NCBI GenBank assembly: GCA_034522055.1
Contig: JAXHLS010000006.1
Location: 705,643-769,642 of the forward strand
DNA: 64,000 nucleotides
Direction of reading: 5' to 3'
Source: Gammaproteobacteria bacterium
GTDB taxonomy: Bacteria > Pseudomonadota > Gammaproteobacteria > JAABTG01
In this document: positions 1-7,663 of the stretch, in pieces
Layout: each line of letters begins with the position of its first letter
Position numbering within the stretch: position 1 is the stretch's first letter
The notes under the pieces: generated by a model
The model's input: the letters and a program-made list of their open reading frames with translations, nothing else
Database searches by the model: none
What the model was told of the DNA's origin: nothing
Program-made: the position numbers and the translations under genes

Positions 1-87
1 ACACGCCGCGCCGCGTCGGGCCATTCGCTGGCGAGGCCGGCGAGCATCTGGGCGATGGAGGTCTTGTCGGTCACCGTTGCAACCATA
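1..87 (-). CDS. Hypothetical protein, N-terminal fragment only (continues left of the window); reads MVATVTDKTSIAQMLAGLASEWPDAARR
   Basis: Manual translation of the reverse strand from an ATG at about position 87. No recognisable family from 29 residues. Confidence 0.25.
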
Positions 88-96
88 GCAGAACTG

Positions 97-127
97 CTAT
101 CTTGCCAGAAAGATATCGCGCGATATC
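97..127. promoter_or_regulatory. Operator-like palindromes: CTATCTTGCCAGAAAGATAT (97-116) overlapping the perfect 16-bp palindrome GATATCGCGCGATATC (112-127)
   Basis: Read directly. It lies 10 bp upstream of the leftward fragment gene and about 150 bp upstream of the cytochrome gene. A near-identical 20-mer recurs at 7496-7515. Confidence 0.35.
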
Positions 128-268
128 CGGCTCGTCCGGTTTCTCGGCGCGATTGGCCGGTGACACCCCGTGCCCGTCATTGAGCAAGGTCATTTTTCGG
201 TGGCCGGCGTGCGGTTATAAAATGGGAGCCTGCGGTCTGGAAGGATCATTGCGCCACGTGCCCCTGGA

Positions 269-3040
269 ATGGACCACACATCGGTAACCCGCACCATCCT
301 CGACTCCCCGGTCGTCGGCCGGCGACTGGGCCACCTGCTCGCCGTGGTCTTCCTGCTGTTTGGCCTGCTGGCCGTCAATGGCGCGTACCTGGGGGGGATC
401 ACGGCGCTGGAGGCCGCCACGGAAAAGGTCTACCAGGACCGACTGTACCTCTTCATGTTCCTTGCCCATCTGGTGCTCGGGCTGGCTCTGCTGCCGCCGT
501 TCCTGGTCTTCGGCGCGCTCCACTTCCGCCGCGCCCGCCACCGCCCCAACCGTTACGCCATCGGCGCAGGCACGTTGTTGTTCCTCACGGGGCTGGTACT
601 GCTGGGGTCGGGACTGGTGCTCACCCGCTTCGGCTTCTTCGAGGTCAACGACCCGGCGCTACGGAGCACGGCCTACTGGGTGCACGTGGTGACGCCCGTC
701 GCTGCGATATGGCTGTTCGTGGTCCACCGTCTGGCGGGACCGCCGCTGCGCTGGCGGGCGGGCGCCGCATGGGCCGTTGCCGGTCTGGCCGCCGCGGCGA
801 TCCTCGCCGGGGGACAGGCGGCCAGCCGCTCCCAGCCGCCGGTCATGACGGCGGCCCACGAGCCGGCCCTGGTGCGTACCGCCGGGGCCCGAATCCCGGC
901 CCGGCACCTCATGCAGGACGCGGTGTGCGCCGAATGCCACGCAGACATCGCCAAGCGGGCCGCCATGGGCATGCATCGCTTCAGCTCCTTCAACAATCCG
1001 GCCTACCGTTTCAGCGTCGACCTCACCCGCGAGGAACTCATGGCCCGGGATGGCGATGTGGAGGGCGCGCGGTTGTGCGCAGTCTGCCACGACCAGGTGC
1101 CGCTGTTCTCGGGGCGTTTCGACAATCCGGACTATGACCCGGACGCCGATCCGGGGGCCGCGGTGGGGATCGGCTGCCTCGGCTGTCATGCCATCACGGC
1201 GGTGAACAGTCCGCGGGGCAACGGCGCCTACGACTTCGCCGATCCGCCCCGTTATCCGTTCGCCGCCAGCGACAATCCGCTGCTCCAGGCCGTCAACCGC
1301 CAACTCATCAAGGCCAAGCCGGCCTTTCACAAGGCGACGCTCCTCAAGCCGGCCCACCGCACGGCGGAGTTCTGCTCCACCTGCCACAAGGTGCACCTGC
1401 CCTACGCTCTCAACCACTACAAGTGGTTGCGCGGCCAGAACCACTACGACAGCTTTCTGCTCTCCGGCGTCTCGGGCCACCGCGTGGACAGTTTCTACTA
1501 CCCCGAGCAGGCGGTGCCCAATTGCGCCCATTGCCACATGCGGCCGCTGCCCTCCGACGACCCCGCCGCCCGGGACTTCGCGGGTGACGGTCGCCGCACG
1601 GTTCACGACCACCTGTTCGGCGCCGCCAACACCGGCGTGCCGCACATGCTCGGCCATCCCGAGTGGACGCTGGAGGCGCGACGGCAGTTCCTGGAGGGGG
1701 TGGCGCGCCTCGACCTGTTCGGGATCCGCGACGACGGCGACATCGACGGCGAACTCCACGCCCCGCTGCGCCCGCGCCTGCCCGTACTCGAGCCCGGCCG
1801 GCGCTATCTGCTCGAGGCGGTGGTGCGGACCCTCGCCATCGGCCACCAGCTCACTCAGGGCACCACCGACTCCAATGAGTTGTGGCTCGACGTGACCGTC
1901 AGCAGCGGCGGCCGCGTCATCGGGCGCAGCGGCGCCCTCGACCCGCAGGGTGAGGTGGACCCATGGTCCTACTTCATCAACAGCTATCTGGTGGACCGCC
2001 ACGGCAACCGGATAGAGCGCCGCGATGCCCACAACATCTTCGCCGCCCTCTATGACCATCAGGTCCCACCCGGCGCGGCGGCCACGGTGCATTACGGCTT
2101 CGAGGTGCCGCCCGACGTCAGCGCGCCCGTCACCATCGAGGCGCGGCTCCGGTACCGCAAGTTCGACAGCCGTTTCATGGGTCACATGGACGGAGAGGGG
2201 ATCACGGGCAACCCCTTGCCCATCACCACCCTGGCCACCGACCGAGTGACCCTGCCGATGGCCGGCGTCGCCCCCGGGGTCCCCGAGCAGTCCCGTGAGG
2301 TGGCGGCCTGGGAACGCTGGAACGACTACGGTATCGGCCTGCTGAGCAAGGGGCGCCGCGAACTGCGCCAGGCCGAGGCGGCCTTCCGCGAGGTGGAGGC
2401 CCTGGACCCCGCTCACGGGGCCACCAACCTGGCGCGGGTCCACTATCGCGAGGGCCGCCTGGAGGAGGCTGCCGCCGATCTCGGGCACGCCGCCGCGGCC
2501 GGGGCGCCGCCGTGGGTGGTGGCGTGGCTGTCGGCCCGCGTGGAACGGGAGTTCGGCGATCTGGATAGTGCCATAGCCCGCCTCGAGGCGCTGGTGGCGA
2601 CCCGCTTCGAGGAGGCCCGCCGGCGCGGCTTCGACTTCTCCCGCGACTACCGCGTGTGGAACGAGTTGGGACGCACCCTGTTCGAGCGGGCCCGCCGGGA
2701 ACGGGGTGCCGAGCATCGGACACGGCGTGCCGCCTTCCTGGCGCGGGCACGGGACGCCCTGGAACAGGCCCTCGCCATGGAGCCGGAGAACGCCGGCACC
2801 CACCACAACCTCGCTTTGGTGTACAGCGCCCTGGACGACTCCGCGACGGCCGCCCGCCACCGCGAGCTGCACGACCGCTATCGCCCGAACGACCACGCCG
2901 TTGCGGCGGCGGTGGCCGCCCATCGTCGCCGCAACCCCGCCGCCGACCACGCCGCGGAGGCGACCGCCGTCTATGATCTGCAGCGTCCCGGGGCGCACGG
3001 GCTGGCCGCCCCCGCCCGCCTGGCGCGCCGTGCGGAGTGA
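269..3040 (+). CDS. Membrane-anchored multiheme (five CxxCH) cytochrome c with a C-terminal TPR domain
   Basis: 923-aa ORF. About five N-terminal hydrophobic helices. Five heme-binding motifs: CAECH, CAVCH, CLGCH, CSTCH, CAHCH. The C-terminal third is TPR-like (AEAAFREVEALDPAH, NLALVYSALDD). Confidence 0.8.
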   Translation: MDHTSVTRTILDSPVVGRRLGHLLAVVFLLFGLLAVNGAYLGGITALEAATEKVYQDRLYLFMFLAHLVLGLALLPPFLVFGALHFRRARHRPNRYAIGAGTLLFLTGLVLLGSGLVLTRFGFFEVNDPALRSTAYWVHVVTPVAAIWLFVVHRLAGPPLRWRAGAAWAVAGLAAAAILAGGQAASRSQPPVMTAAHEPALVRTAGARIPARHLMQDAVCAECHADIAKRAAMGMHRFSSFNNPAYRFSVDLTREELMARDGDVEGARLCAVCHDQVPLFSGRFDNPDYDPDADPGAAVGIGCLGCHAITAVNSPRGNGAYDFADPPRYPFAASDNPLLQAVNRQLIKAKPAFHKATLLKPAHRTAEFCSTCHKVHLPYALNHYKWLRGQNHYDSFLLSGVSGHRVDSFYYPEQAVPNCAHCHMRPLPSDDPAARDFAGDGRRTVHDHLFGAANTGVPHMLGHPEWTLEARRQFLEGVARLDLFGIRDDGDIDGELHAPLRPRLPVLEPGRRYLLEAVVRTLAIGHQLTQGTTDSNELWLDVTVSSGGRVIGRSGALDPQGEVDPWSYFINSYLVDRHGNRIERRDAHNIFAALYDHQVPPGAAATVHYGFEVPPDVSAPVTIEARLRYRKFDSRFMGHMDGEGITGNPLPITTLATDRVTLPMAGVAPGVPEQSREVAAWERWNDYGIGLLSKGRRELRQAEAAFREVEALDPAHGATNLARVHYREGRLEEAAADLGHAAAAGAPPWVVAWLSARVEREFGDLDSAIARLEALVATRFEEARRRGFDFSRDYRVWNELGRTLFERARRERGAEHRTRRAAFLARARDALEQALAMEPENAGTHHNLALVYSALDDSATAARHRELHDRYRPNDHAVAAAVAAHRRRNPAADHAAEATAVYDLQRPGAHGLAAPARLARRAE

Positions 3041-3044
3041 TCGG

Positions 3045-4925
3045 ATGGTGACGGAGCGCAGACGGGGCAGCGGGCCTACGGTGGCCGAGAGGAAGGTCCG
3101 CAACGCGCTGCTGGTATCGCTGCTGGCGGCGGCGGTCATCGCGGGGCTGGTGGCGACGGCGGTGCTGTGGCAGCGCATGCGGGCACCCGCACCGGAGCCG
3201 GTGATAGAGGCCGAGGTCGCTCCCCCCGAGGCGCCCCCGGCGCCCGTCACCGGCGAGGTGCCGGCCATTCCCTTCACCGACGTCACCGAGGCCGCCGGCA
3301 TCGCCTTCCACCACGTCAACGGCGCCTACGGCGAGCGCCTGATGCCCGAGACCATCGGCAGCGGCGTGGCCTTCCTGGACTACGACGGCGACGGCGATCA
3401 GGACCTCCTGCTGGTGAACTCGCGCCACTGGCCGGACCGCCCGGCGCAGGGCACCCCGCGCCATGCCCTCTACGCCAACGACGGTCACGGACGCTTCACC
3501 GACGTCACCGAGGAGGCCGGACTGGCCTTCTCCGACTATGGCATGGGCGTCGCGGTGGGGGATTACGACGGCGACGGCCGGCCGGATATCTACATCACCT
3601 GCCTCGGCCCCAATCGTCTCCTGCGTAATCGTGGTGACGGCACCTTCGAGGACGTGACCGGCGCCGCCGGCGTCGCGGGAGGCGAGAGCGAGTGGGGCAC
3701 CAGCGCCGTCTTCTTCGACTACGATGGCGACGGCGACCTCGACCTCTTTGTCAACAACTACGTGCGCTGGTCGCGGGCCGACGATCTCGCCATCGGCTTC
3801 CGGCTCACCGGGCTGGGGCGGGCCTACGGTGCCCCTAACCACTTTGTGGGCGCCGACAACCGTCTGTTCCGTAACGAGGGTGACGGGACCTTTCGGGATG
3901 TGTCCCGGGAAGCCGGCATCGAGGTGAAGGATCGGGTTTCAGGCACCCCGGTGGGCAAGGGCCTGGGGGTGGTGGTGGTGGACTACGACGGTGACGGCCG
4001 GCCGGACCTGGCGGTGGCCAACGACACCGTGCGCAATTTTCTCTACCGCAACCGCGGCGACGGTACCTTCGAGGAGGTGGGCGAGTTCGAGGGCATCGCC
4101 TATGACCGTAACGGCCGCTCCACCGGTGCCATGGGAATCGATGCCGCGCATTTCCGTAACGACGGCGAGCTGGGGATCGTCATCGGCAACTTCGCCAACG
4201 AGATGAGTTCCCTGTTCGTCACCGCGGACGGTCGCGCACCCTTCGCCGACGAGGCCATGCTGGAGGGGCTGGGAGCGGATACCCGGCTGGCACTCACCTT
4301 CGGGGTGTTTTTCTTCGATGCCGATCTCGACGGCCGCCTGGATCTGTTCCAGGCCAACGGCCACCTGGAGCACGAGATCAACAAGGTCCAGCCGAGCCAG
4401 CACTACGCCCAACCGCCCCAGCTGTTCTGGAACTGCGGCGCGGCCTGCGACAACCGCTTTCGGCCAGTGGCCGAGGCCGGTGACCTGGCGCGGCCCCTGG
4501 TAGGGCGCGGGGCCGCCTACGGCGATATCGATGGCGATGGCGACCTGGACCTGGTGGTGGTCCAGAACGGCCGCGCGGCCCGCCTGTTCCGCAATGTTCA
4601 GGACCGCGGTCATCACTGGCTGCGGGTGCGGCTGGAGGATGGCGGCGCCAACCGCGCCGCCATCGGCGCCCGCCTGGAACTCACCACGGCCGGCACTACC
4701 CAGTACCGCCGGGTGACGCGCACCCGCAGCTTCATGTCCCAGGTGGAGTTACCCGTCACCTTCGGCCTCGGCACCAGCCGGCAGGTGGACCGCCTGGTGG
4801 TGATCTGGCCCGACGGCGCTCGCCAGGAGGTGTCCGTACCGGCAGTGGATACCACCCTGGTGGTCCGGCGCCGCTCGGATCCCGGCGGCGCGGTCGCCGC
4901 CCAGCCACGGTCGGAGGCCGACTAG
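3045..4925 (+). CDS. CRTAC1-family protein: FG-GAP/VCBS beta-propeller repeats plus a C-terminal ASPIC/UnbV domain
   Basis: Frame of the 2706..4925 ORF. Start ATG at 3045 (MVTERRRGSG...), followed by a single TM/signal segment. Six or more repeats of the FG-GAP Ca-binding signature D-Y-D-G-D-G-x-x-D-L. The C-terminus (HWLRVRLEDGGANRAAIGARLEL...RRVTRTRSFMSQ) is typical of ASPIC/UnbV. The start is 5 bp after the cytochrome stop. Confidence 0.8.
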   Translation: MVTERRRGSGPTVAERKVRNALLVSLLAAAVIAGLVATAVLWQRMRAPAPEPVIEAEVAPPEAPPAPVTGEVPAIPFTDVTEAAGIAFHHVNGAYGERLMPETIGSGVAFLDYDGDGDQDLLLVNSRHWPDRPAQGTPRHALYANDGHGRFTDVTEEAGLAFSDYGMGVAVGDYDGDGRPDIYITCLGPNRLLRNRGDGTFEDVTGAAGVAGGESEWGTSAVFFDYDGDGDLDLFVNNYVRWSRADDLAIGFRLTGLGRAYGAPNHFVGADNRLFRNEGDGTFRDVSREAGIEVKDRVSGTPVGKGLGVVVVDYDGDGRPDLAVANDTVRNFLYRNRGDGTFEEVGEFEGIAYDRNGRSTGAMGIDAAHFRNDGELGIVIGNFANEMSSLFVTADGRAPFADEAMLEGLGADTRLALTFGVFFFDADLDGRLDLFQANGHLEHEINKVQPSQHYAQPPQLFWNCGAACDNRFRPVAEAGDLARPLVGRGAAYGDIDGDGDLDLVVVQNGRAARLFRNVQDRGHHWLRVRLEDGGANRAAIGARLELTTAGTTQYRRVTRTRSFMSQVELPVTFGLGTSRQVDRLVVIWPDGARQEVSVPAVDTTLVVRRRSDPGGAVAAQPRSEAD

Positions 4926-5004
4926 GTTGGCCGCCGGGCGCACCTTTGGGAACGACCGACGGGTGGCCGCCGTCGCCGGCAGGGGCCTGCCGCCGTGGCA
5001 GGCC

Positions 5005-6645
5005 ATGCTCCTGCTGTGCTGGCTGCCCATGGCGGCCCTCGCCGACGCCCTGTCGGAACTGCCGTCCCCCTGGGGTGAGCGCCTGGAACCAGTGGCCGAG
5101 AGCGATCTCTCGGGGGCCGAGCCCACGGCCCGCGAGGCCATGGACAACCAGCGCGAGGCGACGGCCCGCCTGCTGGATGACGCGAACGCCGCGGCCCATG
5201 CCCTGGGGGAGGCCTATGGCCGCCTCGGGGCCCTCTACCACGTCCACGGCCTCACCACCACGGCGGAGGCCTGCTACGGGAACGCCATGACCCTCGAGCC
5301 CGAGCGCTTCCGCTGGGCCTACTACGCGGCCCGCCTGGCGGCGACCGCAGGCCGTCATGCCACGGCATTGGAGCGCCTGGAAAAGGCCCGCGCGCTGCGC
5401 CCCGACTATCCGCCCCTGAGTCTGCGTCGCGGCGAGAGCCTGCTGGAGCTGGGCCGCCTCGATGAGGCGGCGGCCGCCCTGGAGCGCGCGGGGGCTGTGG
5501 AAGGGCTGCGGCCCCGGGCCCTCCTCCACCTGGCTCAGATCGACCTCCTGCGGCGCCGCCCCGAGGTCGCCATACCGCGGTTGCGAGAGGTGCTGGAGCT
5601 GGCACCGGAGGCCGACGCGGCCCACTACCCCCTGGCCCGCGCCCTGCGGGCGACGGGCGCGGATGCGGCGGCACGCGCTCACATGGCCCGCCGGGGCGGG
5701 CACCTGCCGCCGGCCGAGGACCCCCTGGCAGAACAACTGGCGGCCCTCGATCAGGGTGCGCGACGCCACTTCGCGGAGGGCCTGCGGGCCGGCCGGGAGC
5801 GGGATTTCACGGCCGCGGCCGCGGCCTTCGCCCGGGGCCTCGAGATCCAGCCGGACAACATCGATGCCCGCGTGAGCCATGCCCGGGCGCTGTTCCTTGC
5901 CGGCGATCCGGATAGTGCTCGGGCCCAGCTGGAGAGCGCACTCACCGCCGCCCCTGACCATACCCTGGCGTTATTCCTCAGCGCGCTGGTGCGCGAGCAT
6001 GGCGGCGAGACGGAACGGGCGGTCGCGCGCTACCGGCGGGTGCTGGCACTCGATCCCGCCCATTACGGTGCCCACTTCTGTCTCGCGAACCGGCTCTATA
6101 CCGCCGGCGACTACGCGGCCGCCGCCCGCCACTACGCCGCCGCCCTGGAGGCCAACCCCGACATCCCGCCCGCCCGGCTCTACGGGCTGCTGGCCCGCAA
6201 GCGTGCCGGCATGATCGACGCCGCGGCCCTGGCCCGGCTGGAGGCCATGGTGGATGCCCATCCCGAGGACCAGGCCCTGCGCTATGCCCTCATCCGCCTG
6301 CTGGTGCTCGCCGAGCCCCCCACGCTGCGGGACTCGGAGCGGGCGCGCCGCCTGGTCAACGCGCTGGTGCAGGAGGCCTTCGTTCCACCCCACGTGGAAC
6401 TCCAGGCCCTGGTGGCTGCCGCGGTGGGCGCCTTTGCGCAGGCGCTGGAGTTGCAGGAGCAGGCGTTGCCCGCCCTGCTGTGGACGGCCCCGTCCCTGGC
6501 CGGGCCGGTCGAGGCGGCACGGGAGGCATACCGGCAGGAGCGTCTGCCCGCGGCCAGCTGGTACGACGAGACGGCGGTGCTGCAACCGCCCCGTACCGAC
6601 GTGAGGCTGATGATGATGGAATACCCGGCGCCGGTGCCCTATTAG
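5005..6645 (+). CDS. Secreted tetratricopeptide-repeat protein
   Basis: Frame of the 4927..6645 ORF. The likely start is ATG 5005 (MLLLCWLPMAALADA, signal-peptide-like). The body is multiple TPR-like helical repeats (YGNAMTLEPERFRWAYYAARL, YRRVLALDPAHYGAHFCLANRLY). The start could instead be the upstream TTG at 4927. Confidence 0.7.
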   Translation: MLLLCWLPMAALADALSELPSPWGERLEPVAESDLSGAEPTAREAMDNQREATARLLDDANAAAHALGEAYGRLGALYHVHGLTTTAEACYGNAMTLEPERFRWAYYAARLAATAGRHATALERLEKARALRPDYPPLSLRRGESLLELGRLDEAAAALERAGAVEGLRPRALLHLAQIDLLRRRPEVAIPRLREVLELAPEADAAHYPLARALRATGADAAARAHMARRGGHLPPAEDPLAEQLAALDQGARRHFAEGLRAGRERDFTAAAAAFARGLEIQPDNIDARVSHARALFLAGDPDSARAQLESALTAAPDHTLALFLSALVREHGGETERAVARYRRVLALDPAHYGAHFCLANRLYTAGDYAAAARHYAAALEANPDIPPARLYGLLARKRAGMIDAAALARLEAMVDAHPEDQALRYALIRLLVLAEPPTLRDSERARRLVNALVQEAFVPPHVELQALVAAAVGAFAQALELQEQALPALLWTAPSLAGPVEAAREAYRQERLPAASWYDETAVLQPPRTDVRLMMMEYPAPVPY

Positions 6646-6699
6646 TCACCCGACCCTGGTCATGGGTGGGAGAGCCACCTCTCCCGCGCGGGTAAGACG

Positions 6700-6737
6700 G
6701 CGGGCATAAAAACGGCGGCACGAGGCCGCCGTCTTAT
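6700..6737. terminator. GC-rich hairpin between convergent genes (AAGACGGCGG...CCGCCGTCTT with inner CGGCGGC/GCCGCCG stem); putative bidirectional terminator
   Basis: Inverted repeat read directly. It lies between the TPR gene stop (6645) and the stop of the minus-strand small gene (6768). Confidence 0.4.
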
Positions 6738-6767
6738 CGCCTTGGACCCTACGGCTTACTTCTGGGC

Positions 6768-7082
6768 TTACTTCTGGGATTCCGTGGCCTGCTGCTGCGG
6801 CTGCACCACGGTGGGCGCGTAGCCATAGGGAGCGCCCCAGGCCGGGTAGCCCCCGCCTCCATAGGGATGGCCCCATCCCCCATAGGGGTAGCCATAGCCA
6901 CCGTGGGGATAGCCGTAGCCACCATAGGGATAGCCGTAACCATGGTAGGGATAACCGTACCAGGGCCCACCGCCCCACGGGCCGCCCCAACCATTGCCCC
7001 ACCATGCGCTGGCGGGGGCTGCGGTCAAGGCCAGCGCGGCGGCGAGGGCGATTCCACTTAGTATGCCTGCAAACTTCTTCAT
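6768..7082 (-). CDS. Small secreted Gly/Tyr/His/Pro-rich repeat protein (GYGYP[YH]GG repeats)
   Basis: 104-aa ORF with a strong RBS (AAAGGGAGGTAATCGTC before the ATG) and a Sec signal peptide MKKFAGILSGIALAAALALTAAPASA. The mature part is almost entirely W/G/Y/P/H repeats: WWGNGWGGPWGGGPWYGYPYHGYGYPYGGYGYPHGGYGYPYGGWGHPYGG. Confidence 0.6.
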   Translation of the reverse strand: MKKFAGILSGIALAAALALTAAPASAWWGNGWGGPWGGGPWYGYPYHGYGYPYGGYGYPHGGYGYPYGGWGHPYGGGGYPAWGAPYGYAPTVVQPQQQATESQK

Positions 7083-7495
7083 GACGATTACCTCCCTTTT
7101 CGAGTGATCTCGAGGGCAGGCCCGCGCGCCCGCTATGCCTGCCGCGGGCCGCGACCCGGCACTGGGTCATGCCCGAGCGTGCCCTCCCTGTTCATTCGAG
7201 ACGCCGGGTATCGGCGTCACGCCATCATGTTGAGCATCGAGGGCGCCCCAGACATTGAGTTCCGTCAACATGCCAAAGCCGCCTGCCCATGCTCAGGCAC
7301 CGCTTCACTACGGTCCTAGCTTAACCCCTTTGCATAGTCGGGTTAATATTCGCTCATTGAGTTGGATCAATAACATTGCAGTCACGCCCGCCCCGCCATA
7401 CGCACCGACCAGGGGCCCCATATTGCAATCACTGATGGGGCGTCATCGGTTGCTTCGTGAAGCGGTGCAATATCCGCGTAATGCCACGATCTTAC

Positions 7496-7515
7496 TATCT
7501 TGCTAGAAAGATAGA
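7496..7515. promoter_or_regulatory. Near-perfect 20-bp palindrome CTATCTTGCTAGAAAGATAG in an AT-richer stretch upstream of the RND operon; putative operator
   Basis: Read directly. Its reverse complement differs at two central positions. It is related to the 20-mer at 97-116 and lies about 150 bp upstream of the membrane-fusion-protein start. Confidence 0.35.
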
Positions 7516-7663
7516 ATGTTGCTAGCGTGGAGAAATCATCCCGGTCCATAGGGCGACGCCGGCACGTGGCGCTGGCAATTGGAGCCGCAGGACATGGACC
7601 GTCAGGAGACGGAAATCAACGGCCCGTCGCCGGTCGGCGGCGTCCTCTCTCAAGGTGTAACCC

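Noticed and set aside
659-3319. 886-aa minus-strand ORF antisense to the cytochrome gene, and similar giant antisense ORFs (8536-11853 opposite the RND permease, 20624-22999 opposite lon, 2223-3842, 4756-5961, 45178-46776, 58372-59295)
   Set aside because: Their translations are Gly/Arg/Pro/His-rich with no motifs. They are mirror images of well-supported genes. These are typical high-GC stop-codon-poor artefacts.
4927-5004. TTG start at 4927 for the TPR protein
   Set aside because: The N-terminal 26 residues it would add are not signal-peptide-like, whereas ATG 5005 begins a convincing signal peptide. The 4927 start is retained only as an alternative.
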